NCBI GenBank assembly: GCA_964019425.1
Contig: OZ025796.1
Location: forward strand, 1,240,001 to 1,304,000
Length of the DNA stretch: 64,000 bases
Direction: 5' to 3'
Origin: Flectonema sp. DT1601
Taxonomy: Eukaryota
In this document: piece by piece, positions 24,901-34,738 of the stretch
Position numbering within the stretch: position 1 is the stretch's first letter
How the letters are laid out: the number at the start of each line of letters is the position of its first letter
Position numbers and translations under genes: made by a program
Notes under the pieces: generated by a model
The model's database searches: none
What the model was told of the DNA's origin: nothing
The model's input: the letters and a program-made list of their open reading frames with translations, nothing else

Positions 24901-27900
24901 ATGAGAAGACTGAGGACGGTGAACTCTCAACAAAACTAGAAGTGATCACCAACTTGTTGACTGAGGCTGCGAAAACAGACATCACGTCGAAGGTCGAGGA
25001 ACTTGGAACTCAAATCAAGGCACTCGGAGATGAGAAGACTGAGGACGGTGAACTCTCAACAAAACTAGAAGTGATCACCAACTTGTTGACTGAGGCTGCG
25101 AAAACAGACATCACATCGAAGGTCGAGGAACTTGGAACTCAAATCAAGGCACTCGGAGATGAGAAGACTGAAGACGGTGAACTCTCATCAAAACTAGAAG
25201 TGATCACCAACTTGTTGACTGAGGCTGCGAAAACAGACATCACATCGAAGGTCGAGGAACTTGGAACTCAAATCAAGGCACTCGGAGATGAGAAGACTGA
25301 GGACGGTGAACTCTCAACAAAACTTGAAGTGATCACCAACTTGTTGACTGAGGCTGCGAAAACAGACATCACATCGAAGGTCGAGGAACTTGGAACTCAA
25401 ATCAAGGCACTCGGAGATGAGAAGACTGAGGACGGTGAACTCTCAACAAAACTTGAAGTGATCACCAACTTGTTGACTGAGGCTGCGAAAACAGACATCA
25501 CATCGAAGGTCGAGGAACTTGGAACTCAAATCAAGGCACTCGGAGATGAGAAGACTGAGGACGGTGAACTCTCAACAAAACTTGAAGTGATCACCAACTT
25601 GTTGACTGAGGCTGCGAAAACAGACATCACATCGAAGGTCGAGGAACTTGGAACTCAAATCAAGGCACTCGGAGATGAGAAGACTGAGGACGGTGAACTC
25701 TCAACAAAACTAGAAGTGATCACCAACTTGTTGACTGAGGCTGCGAAAACAGACATCACATCGAAGGTCGAGGAACTTGGAACTCAAATCAAGGCACTCG
25801 GAGATGAGAAGACTGAAGACGGTGAACTCTCATCAAAACTAGAAGTGATCACCAACTTGTTGACTGAGGCTGCGAAAACAGACATCACATCGAAGGTCGA
25901 GGAACTTGGAACTCAAATCAAGGCACTCGGAGATGAGAAGACTGAGGACGGTGAACTCTCAACAAAACTTGAAGTGATCACCAACTTGTTGACTGAGGCT
26001 GCGAAAACAGACATCACATCGAAGGTCGAGGAACTTGGAACTCAAATCAAGGCACTCGGAGATGAGAAGACTGAGGACGGTGAACTCTCAACAAAACTTG
26101 AAGTGATCACCAACTTGTTGACTGAGGCTGCGAAAACAGACATCACATCGAAGGTCGAGGAACTTGGAACTCAAATCAAGGCACTCGGAGATGAGAAGAC
26201 TGAGGACGGTGAACTCTCAACAAAACTTGAAGTGATCACCAACTTGTTGACTGAGGCTGCGAAAACAGACATCACATCGAAGGTCGAGGAACTTGGAACT
26301 CAAATCAAGGCACTCGGAGATGAGAAGACTGAGGACGGTGAACTCTCAACAAAACTTGAAGTGATCACCAACTTGTTGACTGAGGCTGCGAAAACAGACA
26401 TCACATCGAAGGTCGAGGAACTTGGAACTCAAATCAAGGCACTCGGAGATGAGAAGACTGAGGACGGTGAACTCTCAACAAAACTTGAAGTGATCACCAA
26501 CTTGTTGACTGAGGCTGCGAAAACAAACGTCTCATCAAAGGTTGAAGACCTCAGCTGTCAAATAAAGATACTCAACGATGAGAATATTGATACAAAACTA
26601 TCAACACAATTAGAAGAGATAACCGACCTTCTGACAGACTCAACAAAAGAAGAAATCTCATCAAGTCTTAAAGAGATAAATGAGCTTCTCGTTACTGTAG
26701 CAGACTCTGATGTTAATTTGAAGGTTGAAGAGATTAAAAATCTAATTCGTGATTCTAACGAGAAAACTGAAATAGCAACCAAAACAGACATCGAACATCT
26801 CACCAAACAGCTAGAGCATTCCGCCACCAACGGAAGCAACATAACCACCAATGACGTCATAGTCAAGTTGGAGGGAATTGAAACTCGGATTACAGATTTA
26901 TCTCAACCAGAACAGTCTGCAGTCGTGACAAAAAAGATGGACGTCATTACACAACTTCTCACGACGATTCTGCAATCTAACAAAACAACACCAGAACAAG
27001 ATGAGATGAAATTAAAGTTACAAAATATAAACACCCTCTTAGAGGAGATTGGTGTCTCAGTATCAACATTCAGAGATCAAAACGAACCAATTACGTCAGC
27101 GTTAGATGACATTAAGAAATTGGTCTCTAACTCGGAATTACCTGAAGAAGTAACAACTAAAGTAAGCAACGCTGTCGAAACTTTATTAAAAGATGAGGGC
27201 GCTTTAATTCCAACGAAGTTGGAGGACATTAAGAAACTGATCTCCAGTTCAGAACTACCTGAGGAAGTAACAACCAAAGTAAGCGACGCACTTCTAAGTG
27301 AAGATGCTGTGATTCCTTCGAAGTTGGAAGAAATAAAGAAATTGGTAACTCAAAATGAACAACCTGCTGATCAGGTTGACAAGAGCAGAGATATTCAGGA
27401 AATTATTGTTTTAAAAAATGAAGAAACGACCAGAATAATGAAAGCCTTATCGACTGTGAAGGATTCACTCATTGAAAAACAACAAGAGATCGTTGAATTG
27501 GTTGGAGGATCTCAGCAGGAGGATAGTCAAATTGACTTTAGATTGGAGTTATCAGCAAAACAACAACAAATGTTAGACACAATTGGATCGTTGGAACATC
27601 TTGTCACATCAAAACAAAGTGAAATGGAAACTTTTATTAAAAAAACAATTGAGAAAGATTCGCTAACAAAACGAGAAGATCTACAAACTGCCTTACGCAA
27701 CTTTGAACATCCAACACGAGTCTCAAGACAACCCATGGGAGATGGACTCGGTGACTGCATTACTTCAGACGGAGAGTCTGTATGCACAACAGTATTCGAT
27801 CCTATATCGCCCAGAGAACCATCTCCTCAAGCAGACTTCCTCACTCGATTAGGAAAACGTATCGACGGTACTATGCATAATGCTGTTCAGCTTATTGAAA

Positions 27901-28841
27901 GACAACGTCTAATTGGTAAACACGTTCTTTATAATCAAAAAATGCTCGTCTTCAGATACTATTGGAAACTCATTGAATTCTATCGAATTAAATTTTCAGT
28001 TAAAAATGATATTCGAATTGAGGCAGAAAGTCTTAAATTTGCAGAACTCTGTGACAGCCGTCGACTAGTAGTTCGTCATTGGAGCGTTTGGAGAACTCAA
28101 CTAAACGTTGCGAGAAAAGAAAAAGCTGGAGGAGTAACTGAACCGAGAGTTCAAAAAGACCGACTGGAGGTAATTGAAAGAGAGGAAAGGTTGAAAAGCC
28201 TCAGTCCGCTAAAATTATTCTCACAACCATCACCTGTTCTTGATGATGATGAATATTGTCCAGTTCCGATTTTTAATTCACCGCTATTGGGAGATGGGTA
28301 TGTTGATGAAAAATCTGGAAAAAGGAAATCTGAAAAAATTTCAAAAAGACCTCCTCCGAAATTTTCATTTAGAAAATCTCGCGAACAGAAGTCAGATCAC
28401 CAAACTCCGACTCAAAAGATTCCAGCGGAGGAGAAATATGTTGAGAAAATCTTTAAACTGATTGACTCAAACGAAGACGGTCGGATTGACAGCACAGACT
28501 TCAGACGTGCTCTGGATCAACATCGTGAAGTTAAAAAACTGTTTCAGATTCCGGAAGCCACAGGAGGGCCCAACTGTCATTTATGTGCTCGAGTTTGGCA
28601 AATTCTGACTACTGATGGAGTGTCTGAGTCAGGTGGTCAAGTTACGTGGAATTCGTTTGCAAATTACTTCGATTTCTTATCGTCTCCGAGTTGTACTTCA
28701 AAAACTTTTGAAGGTCGGAAAACTCGTCACCGTCAGCGTCACAACTCAACGATTAGAAAATCACCTCCACCTCAAGCATCAACAAGGATAAGAAGTAACA
28801 GTTATACCTCCCCTAGTTGTAAGACTTTAGAGTTTTCTTAG
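18963..28841 (+). CDS. Giant (3292 aa) uncharacterised membrane protein: signal peptide, TM helix, long helical/coiled-coil region, 43-aa tandem repeats, C-terminal EF-hand
   Basis: 9.9-kb uninterrupted ORF; MLRRIMIMLLVLAAVEG; FILIGVSFIVVVLWM; IFKLIDSNEDGRIDSTDF. Confidence 0.85.
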   Translation: MLRRIMIMLLVLAAVEGAENVTESESLWTTPSTGEVFLGAAAFGICSGLTLYTPLGIPVVTWMAEHGMLGLVWEPAATFVATHTAQAAVAVGTSMVPATVVAKRVLSSIFTPSSNPVETTKPVVHKPKPNKAIPTREEVKQPTKSTTPSETKTDDKKRVTPPQEVPKEKIKPSVKEQPVKKLINIGVEGVNQPLNLTSITYVPKPQPKPAAVEEPPQVSEPIKKVSGRPKKQPFQNDDWTQFILIGVSFIVVVLWMEGVLTRKTPPVVTRSPPTPVPSPKPVKQSSPDTVYVDDIMKVCQTLGVPGHPWGTPSPAQESPVMFNDPIHNALSQSVVAKLESKIESTDGKINELLNLLKGPYSENTQTNQLETRLQETEGKISRVLDIISAKSRERTSAADTVQKLEKKMEQQGSQMEELLSLVKTTQIDESTKSIPADNTILDQILSKVSTTETRMTDSLEQQNKIIKIIATSEDPAKERTNLILEKISETAAQQTDICNTLSSNEGEVEKLLQFVRQTANESIENNKSEIILSKIANQQLELLQAVQQNTTKPLLDDRIDVLLSQQAEIFQVIQQQKDQPANDDKMDFLLSKVSTCCNQQEQLVNASRQHNELILSKIDRSCENQETVLQITKQQKENIDTKNNTTTSLITNLAETNTKALSKLDNQLQKNQSQTNKVLLDITNTVRKPVHNDNTEINKIIKDHHSEINKLVTAIPVSNSNESVLEKIQSDVAIISRDHRVSDSVEKLQKYVQEIPGLITTNCASKSDLVEISSNQKKNSQNIQNNLTELTQRVQSISNNITQQRDAVISIRDSSHVVNSLVKESASSTASLSSTMGSILQLITSISDGSLAVIENELSEMSAVIQNQNEETSSQFKQVFELCRTQEEHHSPAVSPIMETTSSSNDIYGSDPKFVDIIKSLANHLSDKINSSKSDIILKLNDITLPTLETKPIITSNSDLEDVKNSISMGISGVVKFLDEHIASLITTCNDGTAAQLEQIALLLEQQSNDGNSNWSETVRVLAELSNSVSLQSELSSDENIFEMKKILSNIASSQSVVQDSIKQRTSTTEITEMNESLRRFISSKHQELEQSIQHHESNKMKAITETLKAIHSARDMLLSEEIPDNSQTSSLSLMLKTELDNINNALLDIKTIQSRDQDHYAVAVQTLSKTREPHETKTVDGEIIKNDNPTLSGELNNDITLIKEHIVGGVTLDDLDRRLLDMDDLLLSLQTDKELKQQEGDQLVGALLGIKDLLVSKQTDAEGEPSELRELVTMNNETLLKEIKSLETRVLKSVSQNEKSSSEITTATEKMTNAADELQQNLLVPKSLNEVVSSLSKVSSELQSASILKEMKDVMGKWQGELVVMIQSLLLDDMVPQLQTVDRSVKDEIIAKQDKVLTSLTSLIIQTQSESTEESINEITIKSAISEAMLSATSGLEETILMALKINKTSIGNDQIELLSEKVSESVTLATSGLEQTILMGLKSMSQTTNEVNLSKESLQGIEQSITSSSDSTREQLQTISRNTSNLEQTISNTMKTLSNQSAVGVEVPINSEVRSKIDNISSLVTSLIISKEESTHALTQATEAGSLNNVVVKDILTKLEEVQAVQKKTEESYESHMGQIQPTLVKTGALLEKTTAVVEKASEGDATVTNQLTEFSNELGGISSLLSNKESTTVSEQMENIVKQLTDSSEKQQQHLLGKLGHLKKLLTESITTSELCCHETNTVAQLLGKDDEDSGRPEMTFCMKINKILETTSTTTELDMVKFDDLLKVYQNTILKEVTSKIDQVTESGGLPSKQLTNLIEESSKSITTTISSQLSEQSPANPNQLKQLLSVVTTKVDELGNQLKELINEKPGDELSTKLEELTNLLTEAAKTDITSKVEELGTQIKALGDEKTEDGELSTKLEVITNLLTEAAKTDITSKVEELGTQIKALGDEKTEDGELSTKLEVITNLLTEAAKTDITSKVEELGTQIKALGDEKTEDGELSTKLEVITNLLTEAAKTDITSKVEELGTQIKALGDEKTEDGELSTKLEVITNLLTEAAKTDITSKVEELGTQIKALGDEKTEDGELSSKLEVITNLLTEAAKTDITSKVEELGTQIKALGDEKTEDGELSTKLEVITNLLTEAAKTDITSKVEELGTQIKALGDEKTEDGELSTKLEVITNLLTEAAKTDITSKVEELGTQIKALGDEKTEDGELSTKLEVITNLLTEAAKTDITSKVEELGTQIKALGDEKTEDGELSTKLEVITNLLTEAAKTDITSKVEELGTQIKALGDEKTEDGELSSKLEVITNLLTEAAKTDITSKVEELGTQIKALGDEKTEDGELSTKLEVITNLLTEAAKTDITSKVEELGTQIKALGDEKTEDGELSTKLEVITNLLTEAAKTDITSKVEELGTQIKALGDEKTEDGELSTKLEVITNLLTEAAKTDITSKVEELGTQIKALGDEKTEDGELSTKLEVITNLLTEAAKTDITSKVEELGTQIKALGDEKTEDGELSTKLEVITNLLTEAAKTNVSSKVEDLSCQIKILNDENIDTKLSTQLEEITDLLTDSTKEEISSSLKEINELLVTVADSDVNLKVEEIKNLIRDSNEKTEIATKTDIEHLTKQLEHSATNGSNITTNDVIVKLEGIETRITDLSQPEQSAVVTKKMDVITQLLTTILQSNKTTPEQDEMKLKLQNINTLLEEIGVSVSTFRDQNEPITSALDDIKKLVSNSELPEEVTTKVSNAVETLLKDEGALIPTKLEDIKKLISSSELPEEVTTKVSDALLSEDAVIPSKLEEIKKLVTQNEQPADQVDKSRDIQEIIVLKNEETTRIMKALSTVKDSLIEKQQEIVELVGGSQQEDSQIDFRLELSAKQQQMLDTIGSLEHLVTSKQSEMETFIKKTIEKDSLTKREDLQTALRNFEHPTRVSRQPMGDGLGDCITSDGESVCTTVFDPISPREPSPQADFLTRLGKRIDGTMHNAVQLIERQRLIGKHVLYNQKMLVFRYYWKLIEFYRIKFSVKNDIRIEAESLKFAELCDSRRLVVRHWSVWRTQLNVARKEKAGGVTEPRVQKDRLEVIEREERLKSLSPLKLFSQPSPVLDDDEYCPVPIFNSPLLGDGYVDEKSGKRKSEKISKRPPPKFSFRKSREQKSDHQTPTQKIPAEEKYVEKIFKLIDSNEDGRIDSTDFRRALDQHREVKKLFQIPEATGGPNCHLCARVWQILTTDGVSESGGQVTWNSFANYFDFLSSPSCTSKTFEGRKTRHRQRHNSTIRKSPPPQASTRIRSNSYTSPSCKTLEFS
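24534..26526 (+). repeat. Coding minisatellite, 129-bp unit, 15 full copies plus a partial
   Basis: ELSTKLEVITNLLTEAAKTDITSKVEELGTQIKALGDEKTEDG repeated; unit starts at 24534, 24663 ... 26469. Confidence 0.95.
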
Positions 28842-30217
28842 GGAGTGAAAGACAAAGAAAAAAAAATTATTATAGTCTCTTCCCATTTCTGTGGGTGGAG
28901 GACACTCGTTCGTTAGTTTTCGTGTCATTTTGCTGCCAAGTTGGAGTAAAATGAAAAAAAAAAAAAAAATCAAAGTCAATGCGTGATAGTCTTGTAGCTG
29001 TTGGCTCTTCTTTTCGGCTTCAATGATTTCTCATTGCTATTTACTTTATCATTTTTTATTTTATTAGAAAAAAAAAAAAGTTCATAAGTTTTGTGATACG
29101 AATCCCTATCTTTTCAGCAGGCTGTCTGTTAGACAGCGAGAAAGTTGTTTTTTGAAGAAATTTTTTGTTTTTTAATACAACTTTTAAAAAATTAGTCTTT
29201 TTCCGCATATGAATTTGTGTTATTATTCGTTGTGTGATAGAAAAACAAACAAACAAACGTGAGAATTTAATTTTTTTTTTGTATTGTTTTTCCAGTTATT
29301 AATTCGTCTTTTTTTGGGATCGCAAATCATGTCTTCCTCTTTGGGAGAATATGTTGCGCAGTTCTTTGTGTTTACCGTCTGCATTTATTTTGCGCTTTTT
29401 TTTTGGTTCTTTTTTTTTTTTTTTTGGTTCTTTTATAGTTTGCCCCTGATGAGAGGTTAATTCTTACTGGTTACTCAAAAAGTTTCTCGTACTCTTGTCG
29501 TGTTTGTTGACCATCTGGTGTGCTTGTTGCTTCTGTCTCGTAATTTCGGAGACAAAAACAGTACACAGTACCTCCTTTCCGTCCTCATACCGTCTTATTG
29601 TGATTAACACATACATCGTTCTCGCCTGTTTACTGTGTAATGATGTAGTTAGTGTTCATCTATCACTTTGTCTTTAATTTGTTTGACCATCTGCTGTAGT
29701 GGTATCGACTACTTACGTATGTTCTTTTTAGGCTATAAAAAAAAAAAAAAAAAAAGGAAAAAAAAAAAAATAAGCGAAAAATGGGGTAACGCAATTCAAA
29801 AGAAAAAAAAACTGGAAAAAAAAAAAAAAAAAATAAGGAATAGAAAATAATAAGTAGCGGGTTTGTTAACCTGAAGTGTGTTAGTCGTTTGTTACTCAAA
29901 TAAGCGAATAGAAAAAAAAAAAAAAGACAATAAAGACAGCCACGTAGATTAGAAGGTAATTTCTTTCCCATATTCCCAATTCGTATTTACTCCCCTCGTT
30001 AGTCAGGTTTATATTATTTTTTTTTTTTTAAAATTATAGTGTGCATGTATTTTCTGACAGCTATTTCTTTTTTTTTTTCATCCGCTGTTTTTTTTTTTTA
30101 TTTTTTTTTTTTATTTGTTATTATCATCCCATCTCTTCTTACCAGTTTTAAAAAAAAAAAAAAAAAAAAAAAAGTTCCATCGGCTGAAGGTCCTTATCGT
30201 GATAGAGTGACTGGAAT

Positions 30218-31850
30218 ATGTCAGTAACAAAATCTTGGGTCAATGATACGTTGTCTGACTTGTTTCTCAATATATCAGCTGGTAGACAGCGATTAGAATC
30301 TGTAAATGATTCTGTTGACTTTGTTTGGGTATTCTGGGGGATGATATTGGTTTTTTTTATGGAAGTTGGATTCGCAATGTTGGAAGCAGGATCAGTAAGA
30401 ACCTGGAATGTGTCTGCGATGTTATTTAAAAACTCCTTCGACCCGATTGTTGTCTGCCTCATGTACTGGAGTGTAGGCCACTCCCTAGCATACGGCGTTG
30501 AGTCTGAGTCTTCTTTTATAGGTTCCGGAAACTTTTTCTTAAGCAGCATATCTCCAGGCAAAGAAGCTCATTTTCTTCAAAGTTGGGCATTTGCATCAAC
30601 CGCTGCCACGATTGTTAGCGGTGCTGTTGCTGAACGTTGTACTCTTGTGGCTTATTTTATATTCGTTGCTTTCTTATCAATGTTGATTTATCCTGTTGTT
30701 GTTCATTGGGCATGGTCCAGTAACGGCTGGATGTCTCCTTTCAATAATGATGTTGGGTCTAGGTGTGTAATTGTTTTTCACATCTGTGAAATAGTCTTTG
30801 AAAAAAAAAAAAAAAAAAAAAAAAAAAAACAGATTTAAAACTGGAGTCATTGACTTTGCAGGATCTGGTGTCGTTCACATGGTTGGAGGGTTTTGTTCTC
30901 TTATGGGATGTGTTGTACTAGGACCTCGCATTGGAACGAAAGCTGACGAAGGCTTCGGATTTCGATTTGGAAAAAATATCCCAGAACAACAATTCTACCC
31001 TCATAGCATACCACTTCAGGCTATGGGAACTTTCTTTTTATGGTTTTCATGGTACGGTTTTAACGCTTCAAGCACAGGACAAATAGCATCTGGAAGCGGT
31101 GAACTAGTTAGTCACATAATGACAACGACGGCACTCGGTGGTGCAGTTGGAGGCCTGTCGGCTGCTCTTACCGTTTTCGTGATAACAAGAAGAATGGATC
31201 CAAGCGTTTTATTTAATGGCATCTTAGCAGGATTGGTTTCGGTCACAGCAGGTTGTTCTGTAACAGAACCGTGGGCAGCTATATTCATCTCATTCATAGG
31301 AGGGATGGTTTACGTTAAGTTTAGTAACATTATAAAATATTTTAAAATAGATGACCCTCTAGATGCATTTCCCATTCATGGTGCTTGCGGTACCTGGGGC
31401 ATTCTAGCTGCTGGTGTCTTCGTTAACAGTGATAACGCTAAGCTGTCAGGGTATCCAATTATAACTGATGGGGGGTATTATGATCAGGGAGGTGGATCTC
31501 AATTTACGACTCAGTTATTATTCGCGTTTTGTGTTGTGGTTTGGACTTCTTTGATTTCATTTGTTATTTTTAAACTTCTGATGTCATGTGGAATACTAAG
31601 AGTGTCGCCTTATGACGAGTATCAAGGACTCGATGTAACTCACGGTCTTGGTAGGGCTTATCAAGGATTACGTCAGAGATTCATACCTGACGAGATTGTG
31701 TGTGACCCAAATAACCGGTTTGGATTTCATTTTATTCCTCACAAAAAAGTTGAGGTTCCAATTCCTTGTCCACTTGATCCAAAAGAAAAGTCATTCGAGA
31801 TGGCAGAACAGTTAGATGAACCAAAAGACGATGAACTGCTTGGTACTTAA
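30218..31850 (+). CDS. AMT: Ammonium transporter (Amt1 family); exons 30218-30762, 30833-31850
   Basis: FFMEVGFAMLEAGSVR, ATIVSGAVAER, YPVVVHWAW, DFAGSGVVHMVGG, NGILAGLV, IDDPLDAFPIHG; intron 30763-30832 joins the two ORFs in frame. Confidence 0.95.
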
Positions 31851-32026
31851 CGACATTTATAAATGATTTGGTGATATGTTTTTTATACTAACAGTTGACA
31901 CTGTTACATAATTCTGTTTTTTTTTTCCTTCTCCTTTCCATTTACCGTATTTCTACAAATGTTATTTTTTGTTGTTGTTGTTATTTCTACATTTGTCAAA
32001 CTTATATCATCTTTCCATTTCAGGAA

Positions 32027-32059
32027 ATGCCTTCAAATAACCCCCATACACATATGTAA
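32027..32059 (+). promoter_or_regulatory. Candidate uORF (10 codons, ending ATG-TAA) overlapping the SPX-EXS start codon (ATGTAATG)
   Basis: ATG 32027 in frame with ATG 32054 and TAA 32057-32059; the last A is the first base of the main ATG. Confidence 0.45.
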
Positions 32060-34215
32060 TGGTTGCCTTTGGGCATTACTTGGAGCATCTAAAAACCTTG
32101 AAGCCAGAATGGGCCAGTAAATTTCTAAACTACGGAAATTTAAAAACGCTAATAGCGAGAATAAGAGAATTATCAGGTGCAGAGTACGATTATGCTCCGG
32201 ACTCAGATGATGAGGCTCCGTTCGTGTGTTACGATCAAATTGATTTGAGAATTTATAAAGGAAGAGAAGCTGCGACACTTGATGAGATTAGAGATCAGTT
32301 TAAAATTGCTGTGACGTACGAAGTTGATAAAGCGGCTGAATTTCATAGTCGTCTGTTGGAACACTTTAAAGAATCTTTAGAAAAGCAAACTGATGATTTT
32401 TGGCATGGAAGTAGTGGCCATGGAAATTCACTAACGTCTGGTTCTGAAGTTGAAGCGTCCAACTCACGTGGTGTTACCTTCGCGAGCAATCCAAAATATT
32501 GGCAAAATAAGCAATTATGTGAATCTTTATACCAAGAAGTCTCGATGTTAAAACATTTTAGTGGGACTCATCGAATTGCGATCAGAAAAATTATTAAAAA
32601 ATTCAACAAAGAAATGAAACGGGCGGGATACAAACAAGAATCGGGTGTTGACCCGGCTGATTTCTTATACCGCTACAACACTAAGGCTCAGGATCCTCAT
32701 GGGGGAGGTTATAGTAATTTTATATTAGAAACAATTGAAGGTACCTATGCAGAATTTCATGCTTGTGAAGACATCACTGATGCAAGACGAAGACTAAAAC
32801 AGTCTATATCACACAGCGGTCATGGCGCTCCACCTGATGTCTTTTTGATGGGTATTCTTGTAGGCACGTTAATACCTATTTGTTGTTTTCTTGTTTATCT
32901 GTTCGTAGTTGAACCTGATGCCGTTGCTCTAACGACATTCTGGGCTATCTTACCGTTGTATCGAGCATTGGCGTTGTTAAATATTGGAATGTGGGCTTGG
33001 GCTTTAGATTTGTATCTGTTTTCAAGATGTTATTTAAACCACACGTACATCTTGGGATTAAATCCTGAAAAACAACTTAGATGGACGACCATGGTTAATT
33101 ATTCAGCAGCTTTATCGGTGATAATGTGCTGCAATTTAGGAATTCATTTTATTTTATTTGACATCGTGCATTTTCATTTTACTGTAGTGGTGTTGTTGCT
33201 TGTGGCTGTTTGTTTGGTTATTCCATTGCCCATCTTAGAATGGGATACCCGAAAATCAACACTAAGAGCAATCTGGAGATGTATGTTCGAAGTGCCTGCG
33301 AAATTATTATTCTATAAAAACGAAGACTTGGTTACGATCCAGTTTAGAGACTTCTTCTTGGCAGATCAGTTGGTATCAGCTTCGATATTTCTAGGTGATC
33401 TGTACTACTGTGGTTGCTTTAGTTTTTATGTTTTAACATCGAGTGGGTCGTCTGTCAGAGGTACGTCGCCTGGAGATCTCATTGCAGCTTCTGAATGTAT
33501 GCAAACAAATAACGCAGTTAAACCATTCATCATTTGTCTTCCGTATATTTGGAGATTATGTCAATGTGTTATTATGATGAAAGTTACAAAGAATCGAGTT
33601 CACATTGCTAATGGTGTGAAGTACAGTCTTGGGTTGCTTGTGTTGGTGGTGGGTGACTTAGCGAGGAGGTCACAAAGTGATTATTTTTATATTGTTTGGG
33701 TGATGGTGACTTTATCTGGACAGTTGTATTCGTGGTTCTGGGATTTCATTATGGACTGGGGATGGAAACTGTTTGACTGGAATATCCTGTGGAGAACACG
33801 TAGATCCCACTCCCGCTCTACCAACATGACTCCAATGCTTCCTGCTGGTGCAGCCTTCAAGACAAGGAGAATTCATCTTCCATGGCTTTTTCACGCATCA
33901 TGTATTCCTGGTGATCTTATTTTCAGGTTGTTGTTCTTTACTACTATTGATGAAGGGTTGTCACCGTTTTTACCAGATCCTCGATTATTGTCATTGTGTC
34001 TCGGTGTTATAGAAATATTTAGGAGGTGTATTTGGAACGTTCTCCGAATTGAGAACGAGCAGCTTCACAATTTGGAGTCTTATCGACCAAAGACTGATGA
34101 GGTCCCTGAACCTCTCAATGAGATTTTTGGTGAGGAGTGGGTTACTAATACTCGTGATGCCAAGGATACTCGTCAGAGGGGTGTTAAAAACATGAGCTAC
34201 AGCACTTTTTCGTAG
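32059..34215 (+). CDS. SPX-EXS protein, XPR1/SYG1/PHO1-like phosphate exporter
   Basis: SPX start MVAFGHYL..PEW..FLNYGNLK, RKIIKKFNK; EXS motifs FRDFFLADQLVS, NGVKY, WDFIMDWG, EIFRRCIWNVLRIENEQL. Confidence 0.93.
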   Translation: MVAFGHYLEHLKTLKPEWASKFLNYGNLKTLIARIRELSGAEYDYAPDSDDEAPFVCYDQIDLRIYKGREAATLDEIRDQFKIAVTYEVDKAAEFHSRLLEHFKESLEKQTDDFWHGSSGHGNSLTSGSEVEASNSRGVTFASNPKYWQNKQLCESLYQEVSMLKHFSGTHRIAIRKIIKKFNKEMKRAGYKQESGVDPADFLYRYNTKAQDPHGGGYSNFILETIEGTYAEFHACEDITDARRRLKQSISHSGHGAPPDVFLMGILVGTLIPICCFLVYLFVVEPDAVALTTFWAILPLYRALALLNIGMWAWALDLYLFSRCYLNHTYILGLNPEKQLRWTTMVNYSAALSVIMCCNLGIHFILFDIVHFHFTVVVLLLVAVCLVIPLPILEWDTRKSTLRAIWRCMFEVPAKLLFYKNEDLVTIQFRDFFLADQLVSASIFLGDLYYCGCFSFYVLTSSGSSVRGTSPGDLIAASECMQTNNAVKPFIICLPYIWRLCQCVIMMKVTKNRVHIANGVKYSLGLLVLVVGDLARRSQSDYFYIVWVMVTLSGQLYSWFWDFIMDWGWKLFDWNILWRTRRSHSRSTNMTPMLPAGAAFKTRRIHLPWLFHASCIPGDLIFRLLFFTTIDEGLSPFLPDPRLLSLCLGVIEIFRRCIWNVLRIENEQLHNLESYRPKTDEVPEPLNEIFGEEWVTNTRDAKDTRQRGVKNMSYSTFS

Positions 34216-34738
34216 CATAATTCATTCTCTCTGTGGGAGTGAAAAAAACAAAAAAAAAAAATTTCGATCAACCGAATTGTTCTCTTGGTATTTCTTTTTG
34301 ATTCATGCAAGAACAAAAAAAAAAAAAAAAAAAAAATTAAAGGAAAAAAAAAGAAGAAAAGAAAAAAATAGTCAAATTTATTTTGTTCTTTTCATCTTTA
34401 AAAGCCAACGTAGACGATGGTGAAAACGCATGCTATTTGACACTCTTAGCAACAATTTATTTTTATTGCGTTAGAATAAATTTTTTGATTGTTTTTTTTT
34501 GCTTGAGGGCAATAAAAAAGCTCTGCCCTTTCCATGCGTTCACACCCACCCTATAACGAACGCAAAAAAAAAAAAAAAATCTTGTGAAGCACGTGTCAGC
34601 AAGGTATATAATTATATTAAAAAAAAATCTTTTTTTCACACAGCAGCAAATATCTTACTTGAGATATTATTTACAGAACATGAACAAGATTAGTTAAGTT
34701 ATTTTCACTCACCAGTAGTAAGTAAACAAAAGAGGCAT

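Noticed and set aside
24534..26526. CRISPR-like regular repeat
   Set aside because: No unique spacers; it is an in-frame coding minisatellite in a eukaryote.
28900..30200. Short ORFs rich in poly-Phe/poly-Lys here and in other intergenic regions (e.g. 16351, 39689, 42416, 52605, 63331)
   Set aside because: Translations of poly(T)/poly(A) tracts with no protein-like features.
30763..30838. Frameshift or pseudogene in AMT (and similar breaks in PDE, CBS and EF-hand genes)
   Set aside because: Each break is resolved by a GT-AG intron that restores frame and, where they span the junction, conserved motifs.
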